Assembly (NCBI GenBank): GCA_051294375.1
Contig: CM119266.1
Span: 1,865,554-1,929,553, forward strand
DNA length: 64,000 nt
Direction of reading: 5' to 3'
Source: Paraspadella gotoi
Lineage: Eukaryota > Animalia > Chaetognatha
Position numbers and translations under genes: made by a program. The notes under the pieces were generated by a model. That model was not told where the DNA came from, did not search any database, and saw nothing but the letters and a program-made list of their open reading frames with translations. Each line of letters opens with the position of its first letter. The first letter of the stretch is position 1. Shown here one piece after another: positions 13,187-27,347 of this stretch.

Positions 13187-16100
13187 GTGAGGTTCGATTC
13201 CATCCGTTTTATTTCCCGTTGTCCGTTTTGTTTCCTTATTCCCTAGATTTCCTTAACTGTCTTTTCTATTTTTTTTTGGGGGGGAAGACCTGGTTATCCG
13301 TTAGATTCTTTCGATGTATTTCTTTTGTCGAGGTTATCGGTTCTAATTCTTTTCGATGGTATCCTTTCTCTGTCTGAGGTTTAATCTGTTTTTCATTCTC
13401 TCTCTCTCTCTTCACTCTCTCTCCTCTCTCATCTCTCTCCTCATCTCGTCTGCTTCTCTCTTCTTCCTCGGTCTCTCATCTCCTTCTCTCTCTCTCCTTT
13501 CTTTTTCCTTTTTAAGTATAATAAACCATTTTCACCCGACTTTCGTCGAATCATAATCAATATCATACATTTCTCGGCTGCAACCCATCTTGTCAATGCA
13601 CCTGGGAAAGAAAAAACTTCCTCTTTCTCCTCTGCCTTGCATACTTTCTCTCACTGCTCTTGTCTCTCTTTTTTCCTTTTGCAATTCGCCCACTCTGTAT
13701 TTCTCTTTTACACTCTTCGCTTCCATCGTCCCTCGCAAAGATTTTATTTTCGGTACTACGCAGATTTTCTTTCTCTATCGCTTGAGTTTTATCAATACTT
13801 GCTGGGATGTTAATGATCTCGGAGGGAGGAGCTCGAGGGAATTGATAGGTACCAGGACTCGCTATGAACGCGTCCCTGCTGTGTCACTAATATACATTTC
13901 TCGTGTGTGTTTAGAACATAGGACGAATGACCGGAAAACAATGTAAAAACGGAGAGCAGAGCGAGCAGACGCTAAAAGCTCAAAACCTCTCCTCCTAACC
14001 CGTCTCTCTCCTCTCTCCTCTCTCTTTCTCTCCCTTTTTCTCTTTTAATTCTGAATTCACTCCTCTCTCTCTCTCCGTCTCCTCTCTCTCTCTCTCTTCT
14101 CCCTCTCCCTCTCTTCATCAAATACTTCTTCGTAGTCTCTCCCGTCCTCTCACTCAATATCCTCTTCTCCTCCGGCTCTTCCCGCCGAACGAAGGAAATC
14201 CGAGAGGCTCGGCCCACTTCTTTCGATCCTTTTTGCTCTTCTCTTTGTGCACCGTGTCATATTCCCCCCTAAAGAAAAAAAAACCGTCCGGGATAGACCG
14301 GTAGTCGTCGTCATTGTCGGTCGCCGACGTCGGGCCAACACGTCCCGGGAAATCTCACGAGAAAGAAAGAAAACAACTCGCGCAGGGGCCATTTCAATCT
14401 AATCCCCCTGGGCCCTGGAATAACGTTCTATGTCGCGGGAGACTGGGTAGATTCAGTTAAATGTTATTCTCTGGTCTTAGTTTTTATCACTCTACGCTTC
14501 TCTCTATCCTCGTCGTCTCTCTCTTTTCAATACTAGTTATTCACTCAACTTCTAAACTTCCACTGACTGACTGAAATCCTAAGTATACTTCTCTCTTACT
14601 TCTTTCCTCCGAAGCATGTTATTCAGGGAATTAGTCTTATTGATACCCGATACATATCGAAAATGCAGCATCGTTTAAGATATTAATTGGCTTCTCATGA
14701 ATGAGCGCAAGGACTTATGTCCCCGTCTCGACTCCATTAGATCCGCGGTTCGAACACGTCGCCGTCTCACACCGAAAAAAGTCTTCTTCTTCTCTCTCCA
14801 GCGATCATTCTTTCTCTCCTCTTCCCCTTTAGTTCTCCCGGTCGACAAAAAGCAGACATTCGTGGGACCTCAAACATCGGCGGCAGATGTACGCCTTCGA
14901 GATTGTACCCTGTTGGTCACGCTGAGAACGTCGAGGACGAACCTGCGGCGTCGGGTGCGGATCAGCAAAGCCATTGGCCGACATCAAGAAAAATAGGGAT
15001 CGCGAGGAACGCCGCCGCCGCCGACAGCGACGCCCCGCGGCAGGACCCGCCTCTGCTTCCACGCCGCCGTCCACGGACGAGCGGCGACGAACAACGCCAC
15101 GGGCGATCATCTGTGAGTTTGGGTTTGGGTGGGGATTAAGCAACGAGGACTGGGATTAAGCTCGAAGGTTCGTTTCGTACATGTCTCGTTGTCGAGTTAA
15201 AAAAACTTTCCTTCTCCTTAGGATCTCAGTCTTATCACTCTCTCTGGGAACTGGGCCCGGCGCGAGACGCGCCGAGGATAATCACAACAAAGAGAAAAAA
15301 CCGAAATACGACTCTGACCAGCCGCATTTTTAATTTGCTTCATTCGCTTTGACACATTTTTCCCCGGAACGCACACTCGCGGACGGGGCCCGCGCCAGTA
15401 CTCATGCCATACTAACCACACCACTTAGCAATGGCTAATGTCCCGGTTTAGAATTAACGATCATCGGAAACGATCGTCCGAAGATGGACGACGACGCGAC
15501 GACGACGAGCGACGACAAGGAGGGAGAGGAAGAGAGTAGTCGGACAAACGAAGAAGACCGAAGTCTGAGTAAAGAGAAACTGGAGCGGCGGGCCGCGTTG
15601 ACCCCGCGTCGGGAGAGATGAGGACATCCGGCCGGACGAAGAGTACGACAGAGAGTACCGCGATCCGATTCGATTTCGAGAACTTCTTCGGAGATCACGG
15701 GGGAGGAGGAGGGAGGGAGGAAGAAGAGAGGCCAGGGAGAAGGAAGAAGAAAAGGAAGGAGAGGAAGAAAAAGGAGAAGGAAGGAGAGAAAGGAGAACTA
15801 AAATCACGTGACGAGGTTTTGCACCGCAGCCGCAGTCGGCAGATCGCAGCCGAGGGCGAGATGAAAACGAAGTGCAGGGACACGTCGTCGATCTGTCGCT
15901 GATCTTTAGAGATAGCCGACTATGGAGGTTTGAAAGGAGGCGGAGGCGAAATGGTAGACGAGGGCAAAGGCGAAAGATGAGGGTAAAGGCGACTATCGCC
16001 GAAATTTGAAGTTGTAGGCTATTAAGTCCAGATCTTCAGGAAAAGGCGGGGAAAATGCAAGGAGTTATGCTCGCCGATTATTTTTGCAGAGACATGTCAA

Positions 16101-19100
16101 CTATGGGATGAAGCAAATCTGGCGCATTCGAACTGAAGAGAAAACGCAAATCTGAAGACGAAGGAGAAAAGAAAAAAGCGAAATCGTTCCGTCGGACATG
16201 AAAATAACGAAGGGAAAAATTAGAAAGCGAAACGACGAGAACTGAAGACCGAAGCGACGAATACGTCGAAGATTCAAAGAATGAAGAAAATTTCGGAAGC
16301 GGACGAGCAGCTCTCAAGAGGCGACTTCAAAGGCAGAGAGAGACGCATCGAGGATAGTGGAACCATTCGTTACCGGATTATTCGCGAAGCGACGCAAGAT
16401 GGACGCGATGGAGTCGAAGCGGAAGGAGAAAGTCGAAGGACACTCGAGGGGGCGAGAGGCAGAAAATGCCGGAGTTGGAGTTAAGGCGGAAATAAACTCT
16501 AACAAACGAATAGCAAATTTAAAACTTTTAATATTAAATAGTCAATAGATATAGATCAACTTCGAATTTTTTTTTGGCGAACAAGAGTATGATAAAAGTA
16601 GACCATTAAACATGTTACAGGAAGTTTTTTCTTCGCGCCGTGCTTTTTACTAACAGAGAAAGTCAGAAAGTTTCCTCGTCCTTGAGCGGAGAATCACAGA
16701 AGTGTCGCGAAAATTTGATGAGGGCCGTCATTTGAACGAAGCGTTGAAGGACTCGAGGACGTCCGCGCGCCGTCGGGGGAAATAACAACAATGAAAAAAC
16801 AACGCGCTGCATCCATCAAGACAGTCTGTTAGGCGGAAATCGTTGAGCGAGCCGTCGAAATTAATGTAGCTGCTGCGTCGATCCTGACCAAGGCCTCGAC
16901 GTTTCCTCCCGCGCCCGCAAGCTCGAGCTCGTCAGTCGAAGGGAGTTTGAGAGCTGAGAGACGGGAAAAAGGAAAGAGGAGGCTGAGGAAGAGACGAGGC
17001 CAAAGTAGGAACGCGGATGGAAAAGTTGGAACGCGAATGTCTCCGGCGATCGTTCAAAAGAAATTGCGAATCGAAATTCGGTCGGGGGCGATGCAACGGA
17101 GATCTGTCGACGAGAAATGAACATGAAGGGTTATCCGACGAGGGACTGCCCGAGCAGTCAAAGAATTGGTCCGGTCGATGGGGCTGCCGAGCAGGGATGA
17201 TCGATGGCCGGAGAGAATGCGGAAGAAAAAGGATGAGAAAAAGCGAAAACCGAGTCTGTGCAAAGATTTCTTTCGGCATCAACAAAGTTCATCCGGTCCG
17301 GTTGAATTTTACGAATTGCCAAGGTCTCTGTCAGAAAATTAATGAAATTATGAAAATAGAATGTATATTTATATTTATTGGAAAGATAATTAATAACTAA
17401 CTAATAATGCTCCGAAGTTTGAAAGTGACTATGCCAAGTAGGATTTTGTTTTTAGTTCATGCACGGTGGTTCAATGGGATAACTTAATTAATAATACTCA
17501 CAGAATTGGGATGTGGATGATATTAATTTAATGGTTATCGTTTTTCGTTACACTTTTAAGTTTTCTGATTTATTTTAGATTTTTGGTTTCACCATTGTTG
17601 CTGCTTTTTTTTTAAATTTCGGATTTTAAGAATCTAATTCGAGAAATGACGATCAAAAAAGTTGTCGTTTAATTCTACTGATTTAACTGGATCAGCCTGA
17701 CAAGTTGAAGGTAAAACTGGGAATTAGTGTTCAATGTCAAGTCCGTGATTTGGGAGATACTCTATATTATAACCATCAAGTGAAGAAATTGATTTATATT
17801 ATCGGAGCCTTGACACGGCGACACGCCGGGTCAGGCGTCTATAATGTTTTAGGGTTTTTGGCTATGACTTTGTGTCGTCGTAGTCGTCGTCCGTCGGTCG
17901 TCGTCCAGTCAGGAGGATCGAGAGATGACGAGTCAGAGACGGTCGGAGTGTCGAGAGAGAGTCGGCGTACGGTCGTCGTCGTCGTCGTCGTCGTACGTCG
18001 TCGTCGTTCGTCGTCGTGCGTCGTCGTCGTCGTCGTCAGTAGAAGTCAGAGTGAGTCGTCTCGATGACGAGTTAGAGGATGCTGCCGTCAGGATCACGGT
18101 CGAGCTACGTCGTCGTCGTCGTCAGGTACAAGTCGATAGCAGTCGATCACAGTCAAAAGTACGTCGGTCGTCGTCCAGAGTGAATGCGAGTGCAGAGTCT
18201 GTCTGGTGTCTCAATCTTTTGTCTTTGACGCTATTCGTCGGATCGTCATCAAGCAAAGCAAGTCACCGTCCCAGAGTCAAAGTACGAGTACTCGAGTGAG
18301 TCGTTTCACGTGATCACCGTACGCCGGGATCCGCGTTCGAATCAGAGTCGGTACGTGACGGAGAGCAGGAGAGTCCGTGAAGGAGTACGTCATGCGAGAG
18401 TACGATCGTCGTCAGTCGCAGGCGATGCACGTATGCAGAGGTACGATGACGCAGGTGCGCTAGACGAGTGAGACCGCACGGTAGAGACGACGATGACGCG
18501 TCGTACGTATGTTCTGTGTCGCTCGCGAGCTATTCGGTCGTCAACGCGAGCTTCTCTCTGCAAGCAAGACCATTGAATGTGATGGACCAAAAATTTTTCT
18601 CCTTTCTACGTCTGTTTTTACCCTGCCGGTCTTAATCTCTTTAACCTTTTCTTCTTTCCAATCTTTCTCATTTTCCCAGTTTACGCCATTTTGCTCGTAT
18701 TTTTCTTTTTTTTTTGCCCGGGAATTTCTTGTCTTTTTTAACAAATACAATTTCCTCTCCAAGTTTTAGCTTCTCGCCTTCTTATCTTGCTCTTTCCTTC
18801 AATTTTTCATTTGGTTTCCCCTCCTTTCTCTTCTTTCTCTAATTCTTCTTCCTTCCTTTCTCTTCATGTCTTTTCAAATCTTTTTTCTTTTTTCTCGCTT
18901 TCCCTCCTTCTTCCAAGTTTCCTTCCTCCCTTTTCTTCTCATTTTTCATTCCTTCTTTTTTCCAGTCTTGTTTCTTTCCTTTCCTTTAATTTCAGTTAAT
19001 TTCAATAATCCAATACTGACTTCTATTTCCAGTTAGTCGCTTCCTTCATTTCTTCCTTCATTTTCTATTTACTCAGTGGTTTCTTGGTCACTTCCATATG

Positions 19101-21292
19101 TGACTTTCCTCTCCACCCGTTTTTTCTCTCTCATTTTTTCTCATTTTATCAATAATTTATAATATCCAGTTTTCCTTCCACTCTTCACTTTATGTACTCT
19201 TTCTAAGTGAGTTCAAGTTTCTCTTACCTCTCTTGTTAGATCGCTCGATGTCTTGACTCTATTCCTCATCTTTGTTCTTCTAAAGTTTTTCATATTCTTA
19301 TCATTAGTATTTCAGTTATGTTCAAATCTATCTTTTCTCTCATATGTGGCCATTTTCTGAGACTTCTTTATTCATTTGCTTCTTTGAAAATGCCCCGTTC
19401 CTCTGATAACTCCTTAATCTCTCTCTCCACTATCTCGCAAATCGCTTTGATGTTATATTACACCTATGATCTCTGTTGTGAGGTTTGACCACTTGTTTGG
19501 ATACGTGAGATTGAAGTGAGATGGAAGAGTACGCATGAGACGAGATGAGATGGCAAATGAGATTAAGAGAGTGCTCACGTTATGAGAAAATGTGTAGACA
19601 TAATTAAGTATATAGAGGAGAAGATAGCTGAGAGTACAGATAATAGATTATACATATTTTAATCATAGGATAACAAAGATACCAATTGAATGTTTTTGAG
19701 AGAATGAAGACCAATATAAACGAGGAAATTTGTCATTGAATTAAAATGGCTTGACGAGTCAGATTCTATTTAAATAAAATGCGCGTTGCCAGACTCCACA
19801 AGGTATTTCGTTTAAATAAATGAGACTCAGTCCTGCTCCTCTCTCGCTACTATCTTTCACTCTCACTATCGTTCTTTACATAACAACACTGACTGTATAT
19901 TTATAAAAAGTCCTCTTTAACAATGCAATCCTTGGCGGTATTTTGGGATAAATCACATTGGAACAACATTATTTTTCTCATACTTGTAAACAATTGCTAG
20001 CACATCATTTTTTTGCCCTTGCCCTTATTAAATTTCCTTTAAACTTCTATTTTATTCATTTTTTTTCTCTTTTCTTTAGGAAAGACCATCTTCACGGCTT
20101 CTCAGTGATTGTACGATCCCAGCGGCCTTCACCATACCTCCAACTCCCCTCTCTCCCAGCATCGCCTGTCCAGCTTTCGTACTCTCCTTCCTGCCTCTCC
20201 TTTTTCCCATCTTGTAGACCGCGCGAATCATCACTGCACGCCTGATTGCGTTCTCTCGTCCATTGGTATTTTGAAAAATAAATTCTTGACTTATTATATT
20301 TTTCTTAATAAATTTTACTTATCCCGCCATTTATTCCGCAGTGTTTTTTTTTTTTTTATTATCTATCTTGTTTAGATATTTTTCTCTTCTTTTCCGCTGC
20401 CTGGAGGCAGGGATATCATCGAAGGCAACGGCCACGAGGGGGTTTTGCGCGGAAGGGGGGGGGCAGAGGGCTATCGTTTTCATTGGGCTTGGCAGGGTGT
20501 GGATATATTGAGGAGGGAACAAAAAAAAAGGGAGTTGGTTTAGAGGGTAAGGTCTAGAGCGTGAGTCTAGTCGCAATTAGCCGCTGGCGATCCGCATGGG
20601 GGGGCGTAAGGGGCGTCGCCGGGATTCCCTGATTCGTTCTAAGCATTTTCTGATTGGTCGAGCGAACGCGCGTTGCTCTAATGATTGGTTCGCTTGATTG
20701 AATGGGCGTGCATATAATTTGAAAACGTGGAGCTTTAGAGATTGGGTAAGCTTGTTCGGGTTGGGTACCCATTGAGCACGAAAGACAAATAATTTTCCAT
20801 GCATAGGCCAATGATTGGGTGTGAATTGGACTATGATTGGTTAAGAAATGACCGATTATTGGGCGAGCTGGTAGAGTTNNNNNNNNNNNNNNNNNNNNNN
20901 NNNTTGGACTACGATTGGGCCAACGATTGAGCGAGCAGATTCGGAGGCGAAGATGATTTAAATCGAGTTCATCGGTGGAATGGAACGCGAAGAGAATCAA
21001 ATTCAAATTTAAATCTAAATCGAATTCAAATCTAAATCTTAAAATAGAATCCGATTCTAAATCTAAATAAAATCCAAATTTAAATCGATTTCAAATCTAA
21101 ATTTAAATCGAATGAAATATTGACTTTTTTCTTTCTTTAATTTAAAGTCGGATCACCGTTAAAGTTACAGTTACATTTGTAATTTTGTTACAGCGATTTC
21201 ATTTCACAGCCGAATAAAAATCTTTTCACTGCTCTACCAATTGTTTGATTTTTTTCTATTTCTGAATTTTCTATTTACTAAACTAAAGCAAC

Positions 21293-21650
21293 CCTGGACT
21301 TCCCAATTTCCTGGACCTCCCGATTCCCTGGACTTCCCAATTCCCTTGACTTCCCAATTTCCTGGACTTCTCAATTCCCTGGACTTCCCAATTCCTTGGA
21401 CTTCCCAATTTCCTGGACTTCCCAATTCCCTGGACTTCCCAATTCCCTGGACTTCCCAATTTCCTGGACTTCCCAATTTCCTGGACTTCCCAATTCCCTG
21501 GACTTCCCAATTTCCTGGACTTCCCAATTCCCTGGACTTCCCAATTCCCTGGACTTCCCAATTTCCTGGACTTCCCAATTTCCTGGACTTCCCAATTCCC
21601 TGGACTTCCCAATTTCCAGGACTTCCCAATTCCCTGGACTTCCCAATTTC
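21293..21650. repeat. 17-bp minisatellite, about 21 copies
   Basis: Unit CCTGGACTTCCCAATT(T/C); produces the 17-aa periodic ORFs on both strands. Confidence 0.95.
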
Positions 21651-21833
21651 ACTGCATCGAGATTGAATGACAAGATTCCTACTTTCAACTGTTTCTTTAA
21701 TTTTCCCCGATTTTCGCAACATCTTTTCTCTCGACTGATTTCACTGTCGACTGAACTTCGCCGCTGAATTCACCACCGATTCCGATTCAGTGAACCGAGA
21801 GTCTCTTTCACAGAAAATCTCACCAGTCGTCAA

Positions 21834-21906
<73 letters not shown>

Positions 21907-22035
21907 CTTTTAAATTCCCATCTCAGCTTCAGACCCCATAGACTTTGGACCGCGAGATCTTGCCGTCTTTCACACTTCAACCATCAAAGTCTCGACATTC
22001 TTAAGTCTTAACCTTTCTTTCTTTCTAACTCAGAC

Positions 22036-22252
22036 TAGAGACATTCTTGTGTGAGGTATTTAAATCTAGAGACATTCTTGTGTGAGGTATTTAAATCAAG
22101 AGACATTCTTGTGTGAGGTATTTAAATCTAGAGACATTCTTGTGTGAAGTATTTAAATCTAGAGACATTCTTGTGTGAAGTAATTAAATCTAGTGACATT
22201 CTTGTGTGAGGTATTTAAATCTAGAGACATTCTTGTGTGAGGTATTTAAATC
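22036..22252. repeat. 31-bp minisatellite, 7 copies
   Basis: Unit TAGAGACATTCTTGTGTGAGGTATTTAAATC, contiguous. Confidence 0.95.
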
Positions 22253-24689
22253 TAAAAAATCTAAGAGACTTGCAGACGGTCATCGCGTTCCAGCAGATAA
22301 ACGGAAATTACTACAATTAGTTTTGAGGAAAATTATTCACAAACTGTAAACGCGAAAACAAAACAATCGATACAGTTTAAAATAATATACTTATATATAT
22401 AAAGATTATTCATTTTAAACTATAAATTATAGAAACTGCCCTAAAAAATCTGTCTTAAAAAAATAAATTTAACTAAATAAGCCGTGACATTTATACAAAT
22501 AAATGATCGAGTAACTTTAACGCATTTTATCCTGATATTCTTTGCCGATTACCAACTATACTATAATTTACTATAAGTATAACTCCGTCTTCACCATATT
22601 CCTGAATTTTTTTTTTCAACATCAACCTCTCTTTCTTTCTGCTCCCTTAACCTTTAACCCCTCGAGGCTCGCGAGAGCAGAAAAAAGTACAGACCAAACA
22701 TCATTTTTTACAAGCGTTTAATTTTCCTCTCTGAATTCCTCAACCGCCTTTAACGGTCGCTGGAAACCGTTATTTCTGTAAAAAAAAAAAGAGAAAAAAG
22801 TTATTTATGTAAAAATAATAGTTTTTTTCCTCTTTTACGATGTCATAAAAGGCGCAAACAAATGGAAATGTTAAATGAGAGCTGGTAAATGAATTGGGTG
22901 ATGGCAATGAGAGATGGCGAGCTGGAGGAGAGAAAGTAAATCAAATATTTTTAAATAATAAGAGATCGCCCATCAGTTTTAAACAAAGTACATAAAGGCG
23001 GAAAGGCAAACGAGACGTAATGAATTACATAGTAATAAAAGGACGGATAGCTAATGACTGGGAAAAAAATGAAAAGAGACATAGTAGAAGATAAATTAAA
23101 CAAGATATGGAAATCGAAGGATGAATGGCAAAGGAGAAATGGTAAAGGAGGAATGGCGATTCTGAATAAAATATTTATGAATAGAGCAAAATAGGGAAAT
23201 AAATTAAATAAATATAATAAATAGACAAACAAATTTCCACATAGACACTGCATTGTAGGTCATTAATTTTATTTAAGTTTATGAAAATGCTATATACAAA
23301 ATCTATTCTAATTCTTAACTTTAACATTATTTTAATCGTTCTTCATTAGTTTATTATTTTTATTTTTGTACATCGTTCTTCATTAATTTATTATTTTTAT
23401 TTAACAACTTAAATTCCGCTTTTCGTTTTTTCTTCGCAATAAACTTTTTTTTTTCTTTGGCCAAACGCGAACTGGTTAACTTCATCTCAATCTTTGCATT
23501 TTTATTTCTTTCTCTGGGAAAAAATATTAAAAACCAATACTTTGGCTATTAAATACGATGGATAAAGGGAAAAAAATAAGCCTTTCAATTCAGAAAGGAA
23601 TTTTCGATGTGAAGGGAAGGAGAAAGAGGAGTGGGAGGAGGAAGAGGAGGAAGAGGAGAAGAGGGTGGAGGAAGAGGGAGGAGGAAGAGGGAAGAGGAAG
23701 ACAGGGTTGGACGGGAGGGAATTTTTATGGACATTTGAGGGTAAATAAGTTGATACTGGGCAGTTTCGGTAAAAGAGCATGCGGGCTGAAGAAACCGCTT
23801 CGATGGGATTTTCAAAGTTAAGTAGCGAGGACTTGTAGTCGCGCATTGGGCCCTTACTTATTGTTGTGGCCCTGGGTCTGATATCATAAAGCCCTAAGCT
23901 CCTCGCATGTGAGGACCCGTTCCATTGCTGGCGAGGGCTGGCTAACAACTCACGGATTTAAGCCCACTTCGCTATTTTTCCACTGACTAAATAGTTAGTA
24001 GTTCGCAGCTTCGGGGTTTAAATTCTGGTGGTAAGTAGCTTCTCTTCCGCCGCTGAGGGAAGAAAAACGTGACAAAACGCGGCTTCTCTTTTTTTTTTTC
24101 ACCGACAGGCGGCGGCGGCGGCAGCAGCGGCGGCGCTGCTGACCCCCATTCCGATTCGCAATAACTTATACATTGAAATGAATACGAGAGGAGACCGAGG
24201 GCGCCATTGGGAAGGGGTGTGGGGGAGGGGTAGAAAGTGGGTGGTGGTGAGGGGGTGTTTGTGATTGTAGGAAGGGGGTGAGCCGATTGAGGATTCGGAT
24301 TTCCTTGTATTTCTTTTACGAGGCGTCGTTAACCGATACGTAGTTCGTGGGAGGGAACAATTCCGCCCAATATGGATTGTGACAAAACGTGACAAAGGAG
24401 AAATGATACAAAATACTTTTGTTGCGGGAAAGTTTTTTTCGATGACTGAAATTTTAAGGTACTTGAATATTCTTTTGGTTATTATCTTGAATCTATCAAG
24501 CAGTAAGTTTCGACAATAATATGCTGTGCCACAGATTTTTCTGTTGTTGTTATTGCTGTTGTCTCTGTTGTTGAAGTCGCTGCTGTTGTTGCTTTGTACC
24601 GGTCATGTAATAAATACTGTTTCAATAATTTGTTGTTAATGAATTAAACACATTGAAGAGACAGTAAATATTTATATGTGTTAATGACA

Positions 24690-24854
24690 GAACCGTTCAA
24701 TGTAAGCAGTCCCTGAGCTTCGGATCAGGCTGTAACACCGTGTTACAGGCGGGTTAAGCGCCCCGTCCCTCTTAACTGCCAGACGACCACCGGGCTAGAA
24801 CCCCGGACCTTTGGGTTGGGAGGCGAATGACTTGCCTCCGGCACCAATGGCCGC
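24690..24854 (-). mobile_element. tRNA-derived SINE (tRNA-Gly-like head)
   Basis: Minus strand reads GCGGCCA-TTGGTGCCGGAGG (A-box-like)...TCGCCTCCCAA...CCGGGGTTCTAGCCCGG (B-box/T arm)-TGGTCGT. The acceptor stem pairs but the anticodon stem is broken, and a GC-rich body follows. The 3' boundary is approximate. Confidence 0.65.
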
Positions 24855-25384
24855 TGATGAACGGTTGGTGGATTTTAGTCCACCATAACATGTACAATAT
24901 ACAAAAATATATATATATAAATATATATTATACAACTCCAATCAAATAGTAAATAAAGAAAGTTTTAAAAAAATAGAGGAAGGTGCCGAAAAGGCAAATG
25001 AGAAATGAGGAAAGAGAAATAAAGAAAAAAGGAAAGAAACCTGCTCCTCTAGACGCAGTTAATCACAAACAACCATTTTTTCATGACATCGTATATCAGG
25101 ATTAACTTTCGTTCGGACGCTCGTTTAGTGAGAAAAAAATTAAAGGAAGGATTTTTTGAAGACTGCAAAAGTGTATTTTGTTCAAAAATATTCATCTATG
25201 AAACTTATTTTTCATAATTTCTTTTATAAAAAGTCTCTTTAGTCAAAAAAAATCTCCGTTCACAATCTCACATTTTTTTAAAAATTCAAGTCTCGACATC
25301 ACAGATATAAAAGGCTGATTTCTGACAAATAACTTCATCATTGCAGATTTTGGCCGAATATGTGGGAGGAGGATAAAGAGGGCC

Positions 25385-25476
<92 letters not shown>

Positions 25477-25561
25477 ATCTCTTTTTCCTCCAGGCTTCTG
25501 TTAGGCGGACGAGACAAATTGGCAAATGGTTGTGGATGTGGGGAGGAAAGGGGTTGCCTGG

Positions 25562-25682
<121 letters not shown>

Positions 25683-25952
25683 TCCGCGTATGTTTTTTCC
25701 CCAGGTCGGGCTTCCATATTGCATGGAAACTTATTTATTCCCTGTTTCATAACGCGTCCCTAAAGATTTTGTACTCAAAATATTCTTAAAATATTTAATG
25801 CGCACGGGTTACCTCTTACTATAGCGGCGGAGATGAAAAAAAGTAAACACGCGAAAACTTTGATATTATTTTTTTAAAATCATCCATATTTCTAAGTGAT
25901 TATCATTTAATCGTGTATTGAAGCCGAAAAATATTAAACGGTGTTGTTTTAA

Positions 25953-26015
<63 letters not shown>

Positions 26016-26657
26016 ATCTTTCTATCTTTCTTTCTTTCTCTCCTCCTCATCTCTTTCCTTCTCCCTCCTCCCCTCGTCTCGCGCAAGTGAGTGGTGAATG
26101 ACAAATGCCCCGTTTGGGCTGCTTTTGGCCTCACCCGCCGATCCACCATCGTCCTTCCCCCTCAGCCCCAATCCACCCCAAACCCTCGGTTTCCAGATTC
26201 ATAGCAACCGATTTTTTTTCTCCTCGTGCAAGGCGGGCGCGCCCCCCCCCCCCGGAGTCTCTGATCCAATACATTCTTAGTCTTTTTTTTTCTAAACTAT
26301 ACTTAATTCATTTTCATATTATTTTTTATGTATCATTTTTACGTCAAATTTCGTGAAAAAAAGTGAACTTTCACGATTTGACGTCGCTCGTCGACTTGGG
26401 TGATGAGTTGGAGAAAGAAAAAACGAAACAAAACGAGAAAAAGAGAAAAAAACAAAGAGAAAACAAAGAGAAAACAGTTTCTCTGACAAAAAAAGTTTTT
26501 GCCGACGAATTTCTTTTTTCCTCGTTTCGTCTTTTCGTTTCAAACGTGAAAATGAAAAAAAAAAATTTGAGAAAAGAAAAAAGTTTTTTCTTTGATCGTG
26601 AAGACGGAAAATTAAGAAGAGAAAAGAAAAGAAAGGAAAAGGAGAAAAAAAGGAAAA

Positions 26658-26962
26658 GGAAGAATGAAGGAAAAAGAGGATTAAAGAAAGAGTAACTAAA
26701 GGAGAAAGGAAAGGATTAGAGGGAAAAAAAGCCTAAGAAGGAAGAAAAGAAAGGAATGAGGAAGTTAAAATTAAGGAGAGGATAAAGGAAGCAAAGAAAC
26801 GANNNNNNNNNNAAAAAGGAGATAAGAAAAAGAAGATAAGAGAATAGAAAGGGAAAAGAGAATTAAAAGAAAAAGAAAAGTAAATAAAAATAATCTTTAA
26901 TATCAATGGTGTAAAAAGAAACCACCGGCATATGGGCTAACTGATGAAGAAGGAAATATGGG

Positions 26963-27025
<63 letters not shown>

Positions 27026-27149
27026 GAAGGAAGAATGAAGGAAAAAGAGGATTAAAGAAAGAGTAACTAAAGGAGAAAGGAAAGGATTAGAGGAAAAAAA
27101 AAGCCTAAGAAGGAAGAAAAGAAAGGAATGAGAAAGTTAAAATTAAGGA
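26658..27149. repeat. Near-identical direct repeat of about 120 bp (26658-26777 and 27028-27149) on either side of a 10-N gap
   Basis: GGAAGAATGAAGGAAAAAGAGGATTAAAGAAAGAGTAACTAAAGG...GTTAAAATTAAGGA occurs twice. Confidence 0.85.
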
Positions 27150-27347
27150 AGCGAAGAAACGAAAAAATACAAATGGATTAATGAATTTGTGATAAATTTA
27201 AATTCGAATTCCTGGACCGAATGAGGGTAAATCGAATTAAGATTAATAAATAAAGCGAAAGTAAAATAAAGAGAAAGCGAAAGCCTAAGAATGAGGAGGA
27301 GGAGGAGGAGGAAGAGAGAGGAACAACGATTTGCCGAACGATGATAC

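Noticed and set aside
17870-18560. Ser/Val/Arg-rich ORFs
   Set aside because: A noisy (GTC)n microsatellite, probably raw-read sequence.
21234-21767. Five overlapping periodic ORFs on both strands
   Set aside because: A by-product of a stop-free 17-bp minisatellite; no splice or codon evidence.
22036-22252. 31-bp repeats resembling a CRISPR array (also the 41-bp array at 8415-8772 and the 44-bp array at 34249-34484)
   Set aside because: Units are contiguous with no unique spacers, there are no cas genes, and the context is eukaryotic.
24783-24854. Functional tRNA-Gly gene
   Set aside because: The anticodon stem has mismatches, the T loop is non-canonical and a SINE-like body follows.
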